47,141 nt of DNA from Nemertoderma westbladi (lineage: Eukaryota; Animalia; Xenacoelomorpha). The notes below the pieces were generated by a model. That model was not told where the DNA came from and made no database searches. It saw only the letters and a program-made list of their open reading frames with translations. The stretch spans positions 1 to 47,141 of the forward strand of contig JAUCBJ010007867.1 of assembly GCA_032718475.1 (NCBI GenBank), given 5' to 3'. The first letter of the stretch is position 1. Every line of letters begins with the position of its first letter. The position numbers and the translations under genes are program-made. Positions 1-11,780 of the stretch are shown here, one piece after another.

Positions 1-110
1 GAAGACATCTTAATTTGGTGGGTTAAACTGCCAAAGGTCTGAAAGCGCGAACACTGTTCGCACAGCAGAAGGCCGAACAGGAGGCAAGAACTCCGGTTAT
101 ACGTGAGTCA

Positions 111-2795
111 ATGGCGACCAGAATTCCTATACCCGGTCCAACTATTACAAGTACTCGGATCACTAAACCGTTTTCTACATATCGCACGCCAGTTGGTATT
201 AGTGCTTCACCCATCGTGCAGGATCCACGCCATCAGGATGGCGAGCCACGACGCAACTATTATCGGGATGAATGGGAGTTTATAGAAGAAACTCAGAGAG
301 GCCGAGTATTGGGCGAACCGAACCCGCGGGTTTGGAACATGCGGACGGATCGCCGACCCAGTTCGACGGAGAACTTCCGGGTTAAACCGGAAGAGGGATC
401 ATATGAGAGACAGCGGATTACCCAAATAGAGCCGACAGTTCAGCGGAACCTTAGCCAGGAGTTTATTACGAGGGAGGAGTTAAGTGCCAGTTTAGCGCAA
501 GCTATATCGCCGCACATCCAACCTATAATGGACATGCTTAGTAACTTACAGTTAAGGGAAGCAGCCCAGGTAAGAAGTAATTATAATCCTAGCAGGCAAG
601 AACTAGATAGAGTCCAACCTGGCGCACGAGTACGCATATCGGAGGCAACAATACCACCAAGACCTCAGGTAAGAACGCCCGTCCCTATGATCCACAATCC
701 CAATTTTGAACATTCGGCAGAAAGATTTATACAAGAAGCTTGGGTCGGGGCCTCGGCGCATAAGCCGACGCGAGCACCGAGAACCGACACAGACTCGAGC
801 GATGAAGAGCAAGAATTGAGACGTCAGAAGTCCCAAAACCGGAAGGAAAGAAGGACCGACGCGGAGCACGTAAGGATGAATCCCCGGGAAGGGCCCAGAC
901 TCGACAACCCTGCAGAGTTGACCAACTTATTAATCCGGAATGACGCCACCCTTCGGGATATTGGTAAGTTTGCTGCTAGGCAGGGATTGCCGGCGCAACA
1001 ACCTCAGAGGTTTATGGGCAACCATAAACACTGGAGGACATTTAAGACTTATGTCAATGAGCAGTTAACTAACAGTACCTTTACCCCCAATGAAAAATTC
1101 AATTACTTATTGCAAATGCTCCATCGAGAGCCAAGGACCATTGCCGACAATTTCGTCGGGAATGAACATGCATTTGAACTAACAATGAAGACCCTTAGCG
1201 ACGTCTATGGGAATAAAACCAAAATGGCACAATCAATAGTAGAGGATTTGGGCAAGGGTGGAAAAATTACAACACCGTTGGAACTGTTAAACTTGGCCAA
1301 CGCCATTACAAATGCCCTAGATATTTTAAAAACAGTGAATCTACCACACTATGGTGATCACGCGGAGGTTTTAAAGAGTATAATAAGACGCCTGAACTTT
1401 CGTTATCGGCAAAAATGGCGGAAATTAGAGAACAAATTGGAGGGTCAAGATAAAGTGTTAACACTCAGACATATTCACGATATGATAGCAACCGACGCTA
1501 TCGCAGAGATGAAGTCAAACTTCTCAGAGGAGAATATGAGAGAAACAAAACCTGCTTTGGGAAGGTCTATGGTAAGTGTCAATGAAGACAGACAGTCTGT
1601 GACATTTAACACAGTAGACAAATATAACCAGAGTAACCATTCCCCCGCCTTGAGATCAGACTCGCGAGTCTGGTCAGGTGAGAGGTCAGACAGACCTAGT
1701 ATAAAGCAACAGGATTTGCCAGTTGGATTTGTGGGATGCCAGTTCTGCTTCTTAAAGGAAGTAAGGTCAGACGACCACAAGTTGGAAAATTGTAGGCGCT
1801 TCAAAGAACTGAGCTCAGAACAGAGACGGATTCAAATGCGGACGTTAGATACCTGTTGGGCATGTCTTGCTCCAGGTCATGTAAGACGCCAGTGCCCGAA
1901 CAGTGGAAACGGATGTGTAGAGTGTGGCAGATTACATCATAAACTGCTACACGCCGATTTCCATACTCCTACAAATCGTTATCTACAGGAAAACTCGGAT
2001 AAAGTGAGAGGTAAGATAATAGCTACATCTCTATACTCACGCGAGTCCATAGGCCCTCCAGACATAGATGTCTCAAGAAGAGATTGTAAAGACCATGATG
2101 AAAACGCTAGTGACTCAGAGGAGGAGTTATGTTCTGATAACGACCAGTTAGAACACAGTTATTACACTGAAACAGATAGTGATTATACCCCTGAGGATGA
2201 TATCGAAGAGCGCCATTTTGGTGCTAAAAGTGGGTTTAACAGACATAGAACGTTCCTAAGTGACGTCATTACATATACCTGCATAACAGAGGGTCAGAAC
2301 TTAGATACGTCTCAAGTAGGTGTTGTGGTGCGGCCTAGAGACTCATTGGAGCGGCCTAGAGACTCATTGGAGCAGCCTAGAGACTCATTGGAGCGGCCTA
2401 AGGACTCAGTGGAGCGGCCTAGAGACTCATTGGAACGGCCTATAGACTTCTTGGATCAAGAGACATACGTGACCACAAGATCTGGAAGGGTTAGCTATGA
2501 CATAAAGCCACCCCTACAGATTGCGCAAGGAGCTCCAGGGTCCCAGTTAGTAAGTAACCGACAAGAAACGACCACACCAGTGGAGCCTTCGGTTTACAAA
2601 TCTGCGGATTTGGATTCGAAGATTCCGTCAGTGGGATTGCAATTGTCACCAACACGCATTGAGACAGGAGACTATAACTTGTCTTCTGCCTCAATACAAA
2701 ATTATTGCCAGAAACGCAGATTCACTTCATATGCATTCCTCATATGCAAATACTTGGAAATGCATAGGAGCGGGTTTGTGGAGAATTGCGTTTGA
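111..2795 (+). CDS. gag: BEL/Pao LTR-retrotransposon Gag (DUF1759-like capsid region + three Cys/His knuckles)
   Basis: RFMGNHKHWRTFK...EKFNYLLQML...LSDVYG capsid-like block; triple knuckle CQFC..H....C, CWACLAPGHVRRQC, CVECGRLHHKLLH typical of BEL/Pao Gag; uninterrupted 894-aa ORF. Confidence 0.88.
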   Translation: MATRIPIPGPTITSTRITKPFSTYRTPVGISASPIVQDPRHQDGEPRRNYYRDEWEFIEETQRGRVLGEPNPRVWNMRTDRRPSSTENFRVKPEEGSYERQRITQIEPTVQRNLSQEFITREELSASLAQAISPHIQPIMDMLSNLQLREAAQVRSNYNPSRQELDRVQPGARVRISEATIPPRPQVRTPVPMIHNPNFEHSAERFIQEAWVGASAHKPTRAPRTDTDSSDEEQELRRQKSQNRKERRTDAEHVRMNPREGPRLDNPAELTNLLIRNDATLRDIGKFAARQGLPAQQPQRFMGNHKHWRTFKTYVNEQLTNSTFTPNEKFNYLLQMLHREPRTIADNFVGNEHAFELTMKTLSDVYGNKTKMAQSIVEDLGKGGKITTPLELLNLANAITNALDILKTVNLPHYGDHAEVLKSIIRRLNFRYRQKWRKLENKLEGQDKVLTLRHIHDMIATDAIAEMKSNFSEENMRETKPALGRSMVSVNEDRQSVTFNTVDKYNQSNHSPALRSDSRVWSGERSDRPSIKQQDLPVGFVGCQFCFLKEVRSDDHKLENCRRFKELSSEQRRIQMRTLDTCWACLAPGHVRRQCPNSGNGCVECGRLHHKLLHADFHTPTNRYLQENSDKVRGKIIATSLYSRESIGPPDIDVSRRDCKDHDENASDSEEELCSDNDQLEHSYYTETDSDYTPEDDIEERHFGAKSGFNRHRTFLSDVITYTCITEGQNLDTSQVGVVVRPRDSLERPRDSLEQPRDSLERPKDSVERPRDSLERPIDFLDQETYVTTRSGRVSYDIKPPLQIAQGAPGSQLVSNRQETTTPVEPSVYKSADLDSKIPSVGLQLSPTRIETGDYNLSSASIQNYCQKRRFTSYAFLICKYLEMHRSGFVENCV
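2330..2443 (+). repeat. 21-bp tandem repeat (~5 copies) within gag, encoding RPRDSLE
   Basis: gcggcctagagactcattgga repeated in frame. Confidence 0.9.
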
Positions 2796-3563
2796 AAATA
2801 TGTTGGTGGGCATCGAATAAGATTTTTTTTGCATTTGAAAATTTGAAAGTTAAAAAATTATAATTACAGTTGAACCCAAGACAAATTCAAACGTAGAATA
2901 AACATGTGAACATGTTTATAAGAGTATAGTATAGTAATTTTGAAAGTCGTGACAAGTTGGAAGATATAGTATCTAAACACCATGGTTACGGCTATTATAT
3001 TTAGGAGTGTAAATTGAGTTCAGTAGATTCCACAGATTGGTGCCAACAGTACAACAACCAAAGGTGCTAAAGGTTAGTAGCACCAGCGACGTACACAGAC
3101 CCCACTCAGTAGTTTGTAGTGGAGAGAGGTGTTCGATAATCAAACCCGTGGGTTTGGTATAGTCGAGCGCCCCAAATAATGTCTGTTCTAACTACTGTAT
3201 TCTAGTACAAGTATTTGGGGAGTAATTTGGGCATCAAAAAGGTGAGTCGGTCACGGCCAGTTTATCTCCAAAGTTTTTGCGCTATGCATGGGAATAGATA
3301 TAGACGTTAGCTTAGGAATGAGACGGGATCTAGAGAGCCGAACCTGAACTGCTGGAAGGCGGGCCAGGTAGCTCGGGATGTCGAGCCAAGACTGGTATGG
3401 GCTTTATAGCTCATTTATTGTATAATTGGGTTTTAAGTTGAAGACGCAGAAGAAGTATGAGGAGGCGTACGGTGAATATAACACGCCGCTGGGAGCTGAG
3501 TTCAAATCCCATTTCAAGTGACAAGCGTTGGTATATTAGAACATTTGCGCACCACCTCGTGCT

Positions 3564-4037
3564 TTGTTGCAGTATTATCTATTGTTGGAATCAAACACGG
3601 TAACTTGCTTGATAACAGACATAGTCGCGAGAATTTTGAAGCACCATCCGTTGGTGTTTGGAGGAGCCCAGAAGGACGAAAGCGATCCGATGAGTAACCC
3701 GATGATAACCGTCGATTTTAGCGGAAAGAAACCCCCAACGTCTGTTACACCGACGACTACGATTCCGGATCCTTATTGGAACTCATACTACTCCTGCCTT
3801 AGTGGAGATGTCGATGTGAGTGCCGATGAGGTAAAGATACGACACGAAAAGACAACGCAAGCTGTTCCGACATCCAATAGACTCGCGCCATCCATCCGTC
3901 TACTAACCATACCCACGATCCGCGATTTATACGATATTTTACTCCAAATTATTTCGGGAAGTTTCGACGCACGCATTATTAAGCCCGAATATGTCCAATC
4001 CTTTATATATCATCGTCGCTCTGATATATACGTCTAG
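3564..4037 (+). CDS. Hypothetical ORF downstream of gag
   Basis: 157-codon open frame, non-ATG start in track, no recognised motif. Confidence 0.2.
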   Translation: MLQYYLLLESNTVTCLITDIVARILKHHPLVFGGAQKDESDPMSNPMITVDFSGKKPPTSVTPTTTIPDPYWNSYYSCLSGDVDVSADEVKIRHEKTTQAVPTSNRLAPSIRLLTIPTIRDLYDILLQIISGSFDARIIKPEYVQSFIYHRRSDIYV

Positions 4038-5252
4038 ATTTATTGCCCCCATCACAAGTGGATTTTAATATATGTTATACTTATTTTTCATTTGATTTAG
4101 TTTAGACAGAATTTTTTTTTTATATAAAAAAGAAGGCCGAAAAATATTAAAAGGAAATACTTTCACTTTGTAGTCCGTTGGAAATAGTAAATACTTTATA
4201 CTATATTTGATTTTGTGTATATGACTTTATTTGCTCTAAAGTTTATTGAAAGAGGCAAAGGAAGTGATTGGGGAGACAAACCCGCGGGTTTGGCTTACTC
4301 CTTTCACTTACCTGAGCAATCATCAAACCAAGATGATTTGCGTTTTTATAAGAAATTAAGTAAAGTCCGAAAATGAAAGAAATTATTACGTATTTTATAT
4401 TTAATTTGATTGTCGGCCTTTAATGCAATTTAGTTAAAAATTTAGCGTCAAATACGTTTTATATTTTAGTTCTTTTGTTATTATTGTTCTCTATAATTTG
4501 AGATGGGGAATGGGGGACATTGTCCTAGCCATGTTCCATTTCAATAAGAAATTGTTAATTTGTAAATAATTCGAAGGAAGTATATTTTGTAATCTAATTT
4601 GTATTTGTATGTAATCATTTATGCAGTAAAGGTAGCAATATTTTGTATGTATTAGAATTATAATAGAACCAAGTTTATTGATTTATTTGAAAGTAAATTT
4701 TATTTGTTATTCCACACCGCCATATTTCTTCTACAATTGGAGAGAAACATTACATGTTTCCCTTGGAGCGGTGTTGCGATATATGGCACTGTGTACAGAA
4801 CAACCCGTTATACAGTATAAAATAAGTTAGATAAGTGCGTATGCGTATTGATATGCAACCGTAATAATTAGATAGGGTAAATAAAAAATACACAAGTTCA
4901 TTTTATATTCAGTCGATTTTATACAGTATGTAGCCCTATTTACGTCATTTTATAATAAAACCCTGATATATTCATTTGTGGTGGCAAAATTCTTTAAAAC
5001 AAAATATGAATTTTGCCGTTTTTCAATATCTATCGAATCTAATACATTTGTGCTAATTTTATTTACATATCCCTATAAATCGATGTTTGTGCTAAAATAA
5101 CGCCTAAATTGTGCTTTTAATAATCGCCAAATTAAGTTGAGGCGATTACGTGCATTAATGATCCCAAATTGAGTTCTGCCCACTGGTTGGTCGAAAATCC
5201 AGCTGAGACAACCCTGGATGTCGCCTGATTATGTGAGCAAATTTAGACTTTG

Positions 5253-5575
5253 AATAAATGTTATAGTACATTATGATAATGCTCTCCATAGTGAAAAATA
5301 TCAACCGCCCCTATTGGGGCTCGAACTCGGTACCTAGGTTTCAAACTTCCGGTTATCATCAGCCGAGTGTGTGTCCTAAGACCACTGAGCTACCAGGGCG
5401 GTAGAAGATTTATTCACTTTGGAGTGGGCTATCATATATAGGCCTTTTTACAGTCACTCATAGGAAAGTACAACAGGGGCGGTTGATATTTTTCACTATG
5501 GAGAGCATTATCATAATGTACTATAACATTTATTTAATTCGCCGTCACCCTCCCCACAACAATTCATTTATAATT
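5253..5575 (-). mobile_element. 323-bp insertion (SINE/MITE-like) with 13-bp TSD and internal 60-bp inverted repeat
   Basis: aatttagactttg at 5240-5252 and 5576-5588; perfect IR 5253-5312 / 5475-5534. Confidence 0.8.
5294..5402 (-). ncRNA. tRNA-/vault-like RNA polymerase III unit (~109 nt)
   Basis: Minus strand: A box tagctcagtggt (5381-5392), B box gagttcgagcc (5318-5328), T5 terminator (5294-5298), closing stem accgccct/ggggcggt, TATATA at 5435-5440; no clean tRNA cloverleaf. Confidence 0.6.
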
Positions 5576-6799
5576 AATTTAGACTTTGCGTCATTCCTAC
5601 AGTTTAGCAGTAGCCATCTTTATTCTTAGTTTTTTGCACTTCGGTTGGTTGTAAATGTTGCTGCTTTCTTCATACATTTGTGACTTTTGAATATGATTAC
5701 TGCTTAGTCTGACTGTTGATTATATATTTCTGATTGCAAATATAATTGCCGCAATGTAGTGAACCAAAATCAACGTTTGTTTCCTTCGACTGTCTGACTG
5801 TCTCATTGGTTTTTACTATGTTTGCGCCGTTACGGAACTGCCCTCTTTAACATGTTGGGCTAGGGTAGGCGCCGCGGGCTCTCTGTTTGGAAGCGACGGG
5901 AGAAGTTGGAGGATCCAATGCATGGCACTACCGGCGGGGCTGGTGGCTGCGGTTGGCTGAATTAAGTTTAGGACCGAGGGCCGGTCGCCATTAAGGCTGT
6001 AAGGGGCAAGGCGACCTAGATCTTGTCTCTCAGATTTGCTATTAGGCTAGCTAGGTTTAGGTAGAAAGATCACTTTGATCTGGGGTGACCTTAGCCGTTT
6101 ACGCTAATGCTAATGCTAACGCTATTTATGTGTAATGTTTTAGATAGGCGCTATATACCTTGATTGTTTCTGTTTTCTATTTATGCTTGTTAAATTACTG
6201 TTAGCTCAAATAATACGGTATTTAGGCTGTCTTTAGTGTAGCCCAGTAACGTAACTAATTAGCGTTACAAATTCTGGAATACCTAATAATTAGTTCGCAA
6301 CCCCGTACATTTGAGTAAATGTAGTTTATGTATGATAGTATTTAGAATAAAATAAGGACTTCGTACGCTGCATAGCGGAGAATAGTTTTAGTTATTTACA
6401 CTTAGGAAATACAGAAATATCTTTGGACAAATTTACACTAGGTGGTTATCTAAAAAATAGCGGGTTTGCAAGTCTACAGTAGTCGCAAGCGTAGCGAGCA
6501 GTAATATAGCTGATTACAGTCAGCGCTAAGGGTACCAGGGTTTAGGTAAATAATTTCCCCCTTTTTGCATTATTAAATATTCTCACATTCAACATTTGTC
6601 CGCCTGACGAACTGCTTTATTTCTCTGTGAAGGGTGAACAATTGGAGTGTTAAGTCACCAACACTCGTATTAAGTAGCTTGGGAAGCCAAATCATATTTA
6701 TTGTTTTGGTTGTTTCTGTTTCGGCTTGTGTTTAGGGCAATTAGCTTGGTATGTTATAGTTTGATTAACCTCATTGTTTCATTCGAAAATACGAACATA

Positions 6800-9700
6800 T
6801 CAAAAGGAAGAATCCCCTTTGAGATTTCTTTAACAATACGGCAGTTTAATTCTTTCTCAATAGGTAACAATTTATTGTAAAACAGCTCATACATATCCAA
6901 TTTAGCTTATCTTTTCTATTGATTTGCCAAATAACGAATTATTAAGCAATTTCGCGACAGCTGTTTCAATGTAACTTTTTGCTAGTCGCCTTTGATTAAT
7001 ATTAAAATCGATGTAATTTTTAAATACAAATTCTTGTTGAAAAGAATATAATTTATGTAGTTTAGTAACAATTAATCCATGTTTTATATAAAATTTTAAC
7101 AGTTTCAAATGTAAATGATAAAACTCTTTATCAAATTGCGTCAGCAAGAGTTTTGGTATAGGCATCCTATATTTACGGGAGGTACCTCTTTGTATCGATA
7201 AGTTATTAAATTGTTCCCTCATATAAGGCGAAAGCATTGATTCATTTATACTTAAATGCTCTGGGGCTAACGGTAATTGTAATGTTTGATCGTGAATAGC
7301 TTTGGGATAATTTAAATCACATATTAAAAAATATCCAGTAGATCCATCAATGTCTAAATCTACCAAGTACTCGATTAGTTTTTCTGGAATTGCATTCTCT
7401 AAGTGTTTAATACTTACTTCTTTGAATTGTGAGGTGGGTAGTTTTTTACTTAAATTCCCAGAATATAAAGAGTTGAAATCAATATTAAAAATATGGCATT
7501 CTTCCTTAGTAGAATCATATGTACTTGTTCCTGGTATATTTGATTCTATATAATGCTTTCGACAAAATGAAACACCACCCCTAATTGATTTTTCAAAATC
7601 TCTATATGTCTGATAATCCTTTATTAATTCTATTTTACATTTATTATATTTTAGTGCGCAATCATAGGTAAATGACGCGATACTACAGTAAAAAACCGCT
7701 TCTAAATCGTAATTTTGTTTACAAACATTCCTAAAATTCTCAAATATATCAGCAAGCAAACAAACATCGAGTTTTAAATAGGCTAAAAGATAATCTTTGA
7801 GATTCACGCAGTCGAATTCAACCCATGATATTCCAGCAAACCTATAATCTTCAATTGTGCATGTTTTTTGACTTAAGTTACTAAAAAAATTATTTATAGA
7901 CGGCAAACCAGTATCATTAAATTTATTTATATCTGTCAAGTACTCGTATGGAAATACTCCTTTCCGTTTAATTGTTGAGTTATTCAAGTTTGGATAAAAA
8001 TATTTCATTTCTTGTAGAGTAATAGGTAAAATTGAGCTTATATCATGACTCGCCACATCCTTTGTTGAACACTCAACTAAATTACTTAAAGAAAAGCTTA
8101 AAAATTGATATGTGTCTAAGAAACGTAACTCAATTTTTTTAGAAGTGTTTTTAATTGGGATAAATGCACTCAGTGAAATATATCGTTCTGTATTTCTCGG
8201 TATAACCTTTATATCCCAATCTGTGTATTTCTTATCTCTAAATCCAGTTTGTAATATACAATGTATATCATAATTACTGGAATTATGCCCGCAAAGTACA
8301 TACAGGTATCGTTTCAATGATAAACTTCGGTTACAACTATTACAGGCTGCCGCAATATATTTACCTGTAATATGTGAATGATGTCTGTTTTTCCCTACAT
8401 TATTATTTAAAGTAACATTACAATAGAAACAAAATTTTGCTTGTTCAAAATTTACAAAATCAATATTAGTAAATGACATAGTTTTATGAGTGTATATTTC
8501 TGACCAACAACATAATTCAGTTAAATCAGTATATAATGAATCTAAGAAATCTTGAATACAATTATTATTATTTGACTTTACGAATGTTTTCTAATGACAT
8601 TTTGGAGCATCAATTAATTCAGTATTGGGAACAATTAAATAACTCACAGCACACGGTATATGCTCCTGTATAATTTGATTATTAACTGAAGGTTGTAAGA
8701 TACATTCTATATCAAAGTAGGTGACAAACAATGGGGCTAAGGTTCTATCTAAATTTGTAAAACTAATGTGTGTTCTTTTTTTATTAGGTAGTTTCTCTCG
8801 TTGACTTCTTCCTTGGTAGCATGCGAGACGGTGTCGATGAAGAACTTCCGCTCGAAAAAAATGAGCCAAACACCTTTCACAATATTTCCTATTCCCGATA
8901 TGAAGAGCTCTCGTATTCAGCAATCGATTCAAGTTAGTTATGCTAACATAATGATTCAGTTTAGGTACATTGTTATTTTTTACTACAAGTAATATATTTA
9001 ATAACTGTTTATCAGGTGTAATTTTACTAAACGGAGGTTGTCTTAATATAGATACAGGGGTGCGTTTGTTGTCGTTATTCCAACATAGTAAATTAATTAT
9101 ATATTTTGAATTTTGTTTTTCAAAAAGTTTAATCGCTAACTGCCACTCTGTTGGATAATCATTTTTCCCGTTGTCAAAAATGAAATGACTCATATAATTT
9201 TTGTACGACGAAGTAAGCTGTTTGTTGTTTTTCACTTTGCTACCAAATTTTGCGGTTATAATAGCCCATTTGAAACAGTCATTATCAGCCGTTTGTATAT
9301 TTATTGTACAATTTTTACCTGATAGAGCCTTAGGTAATTCCATATATCCATGCCCCTTATATAGTAACGACCTACACTTAGATTCAGCTAATTTAATTTC
9401 AACCCTTAATAAAGATTTAATACGCCACCCTGAACCACGTGTGTTAAAGATGGCTATTTTTTGTAATATATTTTCCACCACATACTCAAACCATGTGTCA
9501 AAAGTTTGTGATGAATCTACATCTACATCATATATCTACATCATTAATAGCACCACCGGAAGAATTAAAATAAAAAGTTTCCAATTGCTCGCCTTCTGAA
9601 AAATGTGATCTGAACATTAATACATTTAGACCTAACCACAGTCTAAGAACATTCATTTCTTTCAATCTATCTAATATTAACTGATGAATATTACCTCGAA

Positions 9701-10156
9701 TTTGCGTTAATGCTGTTTCTACATCGGGATAATCTCTAGAAGTTGGGAGGTCGTGGACATAAATTTCAAGACGATTATCGTGAGCTTCTTGTTCCCGCGT
9801 AAAAATTGTTGCGCATGTACCAAGAGCCACCCTTAATTTTTTTCTGGATAATATATTTTATGTTGCGAAAATTTACGCTTTCTTGTGTAGTAACATTTCA
9901 AGTGACAATCGTGTCGTAAATAATTCTCATATGTATACTCTTTATTACAGGTAGAACAAGTCAATTGATAGGTACGGAACTCCATTTCTTTACAACCAGT
10001 AGTTGATTCATGTCGTTTACAAATTTCGCTGCATGAAGTCACGACGTGACACTTAAAACAAGAATAACCTTCAAAATGTGACCGTAGGTGGCGTAAATAA
10101 TTATGTCTAGTTACATTCATATGACAGAATGAACAACATATTGTTATTTTATCCAT
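6800..10156 (-). pseudogene. polB: Protein-primed family B DNA polymerase (Polinton/Maverick/adintovirus type) with N-terminal Zn finger and EndoVII-like motif; disrupted
   Basis: GSGW, LPKAL..K...INI...DNDCFKWAI, HYVSITNLNRLL, FDIEC (ExoI), RHHSHITGKYIAAACNSCN, HNSSNYD (ExoII), RKGVFPYEY, YLKLDVCLLADIFENFR (ExoIII), SIRGG, DFNSLY (motif A), KLLNNSLFGK (motif B). Lesions: likely frameshift in A-run ~9835, micro-duplication frameshift ~9530, in-frame TAG 8591-8593, frameshift/deletion ~6902; YxDTDS not found. Confidence 0.88.
9833..10156 (-). CDS. C2H2-type Zn-finger ORF, probably the frameshifted N-terminus of PolB
   Basis: CSFC..YLRHLRSH, CFKC..H, CSTC..YLRH; ends 2 bp before the next PolB fragment. 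Confidence 0.6.
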   Translation of the reverse strand: MDKITICCSFCHMNVTRHNYLRHLRSHFEGYSCFKCHVVTSCSEICKRHESTTGCKEMEFRTYQLTCSTCNKEYTYENYLRHDCHLKCYYTRKRKFSQHKIYYPEKN

Positions 10157-10346
10157 GCTGAAGTTTGTTTAGATAAATAATAATAATAATAAAATATCTC
10201 CAAAGATTAAAATAAAATGAAATGAAATGATATTGACTATATCTAAACATTTATATGCTAGCGAGTGAAATAATTTTAAACCAATCACCAAACACCAATC
10301 ACCTATGGGTATTGGAAACCTCAAAGAGTTTAACTTATGATCAGGT

Positions 10347-11411
10347 TTACATGTTAGGATAATAATCTGGTTTCGATGGAGAATTAGTAACTAGATCTAC
10401 TGGAGCTGGGTTAACAGCAACTTTCTGTTTCTTTGCAGGTGATGCGTTGGTAAATTTACTCGATGATCTTGGCTTCCGAGGTAATATTTCAGGAAAGACC
10501 TGTTGCGGTTGAGAGCAACTCTCTTCAACATCCGGATTAGGTGATGGGATCTCTACGAATGCTTTAGGTTTATCCAAAAAGACAAAACCGTCTACATTGG
10601 CTTCAATAAGAGAAACGCCATCCATAGCCTCTTTGAGAAAACTAATATGGGCTTTATCATTCAAGTAATGCAACTCAATAGAATTTCCACCTGCTCCTAC
10701 TTCAGTAGAATTATCGGTGTTGGTGATAATAATTTTTTTATTATTGGTTTTAATCATTTTGAGACGGTCTGATAATTGAATGATATTTTAATCAAAAAGA
10801 TGCTTGTCTGGTTCATCAATTTGAGTGTCCCACTCTCGCAACAAAACGGTAAGTTCCTGATTTGACAAATTGAAACCCGTATACTAGTTAAAACCAACAC
10901 TATCAGTGTATCTGACGCTGATTTTCCATAAGCCAACATAGTTGGTTCCTTTAAAAGCTGTTACAAATCCAATAAACTCTGGATTTGATAATTCAATATA
11001 GAATTGATCGCTAATAATCTCTAGCGGTGGAGAGAGAAATTGCAATAATTTCCCTCTGTATTGAATTAGAACTTCAGTAAAAGCTTTGTTGAGGACTTTA
11101 CATTTGCCTTGTTTCTGAACGTAAACATCACCTGATGTGGGGTTGATAGAAATATTCAAATTTCCCCGCGCAAAACGAAGAGCGGCATATATCCTACCTG
11201 GTATAATTGCTGGTCTGGATTGATGTTGGTTGTTGGTTGTTGTTTCTAGAATGTCTAGCAAATAGCGGGTATCTTGATGGGAAAAACAAATTGATTCGTT
11301 GTCCTCCTGAGATTCCACAATAAAATACTTGCTGTGAACGACGGTACAAGTATATTTATTGTAAGTAAATTTCCAGCTATTTGTTGCTCCGGTTTTTTGC
11401 GTTAAGGCCAT
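10347..11411 (-). pseudogene. PC4/Sub1-like ssDNA-binding protein gene with two in-frame stops
   Basis: Track ORFs 10884..11411 and 10347..10757 share one frame, split only by TAG (10884-86) and TAA (10788-90); read-through gives FVTAFKGTNYVGLWK...TGFNLSNQELTVLL, resembling PC4 V..FKG...+DIR...KGISL..EQW..L. Confidence 0.5.
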
Positions 11412-11439
11412 AATAATAATAATAAATACGAAAAATATT

Positions 11440-11780
11440 ACAAGTGATAAATTTTAAACCGTATCGCTGTAATAAATTGACACCATAGTTCTCACTCTAA
11501 AATTGTGATGTAAAACAATAGAGAAGATACGAGATCGTTGTAATTTCCGTATTACTAATAGCAAGGAGAAATGCAATCTCGTATCTTCTCTATTGTTTTA
11601 CAACTCCAAGGTCGGAATCAGTATCATTTTATGGGGTGTTGTTTTCCGACCAACGAATATACAACGAGTAAGATAATGAAGAAATTATTAAGGAAATAAC
11701 ACAATTTCAGAGTGAGAACAAAAAAATTAGATATGGTATCAATATATTACCATGATGATTACAAGTGATGAATTTTAACA
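11440..11780. repeat. Compound inverted-repeat/foldback region upstream of the Polinton-like genes
   Basis: tgtaaaacaatagagaagatacgagat (~11509-11535) vs its inverse (~11576-11602); gttctcactctaaaattgtg vs cacaatttcagagtgagaac (~11700-11719); direct acaagtgatraattttaa at ~11440 and 11761. Confidence 0.65.

Noticed and set aside
5294-5402. Canonical tRNA or tRNA-Sec gene
   Set aside because: A and B boxes present, but no convincing anticodon arm or 7-bp acceptor stem
8591-10886. Stop-codon reassignment suggested by three in-frame TAG/TAA codons in the viral-type genes
   Set aside because: The same cassette has frameshifts and deletions, and host genes end normally at TAA/TAG; decay is the simpler explanation
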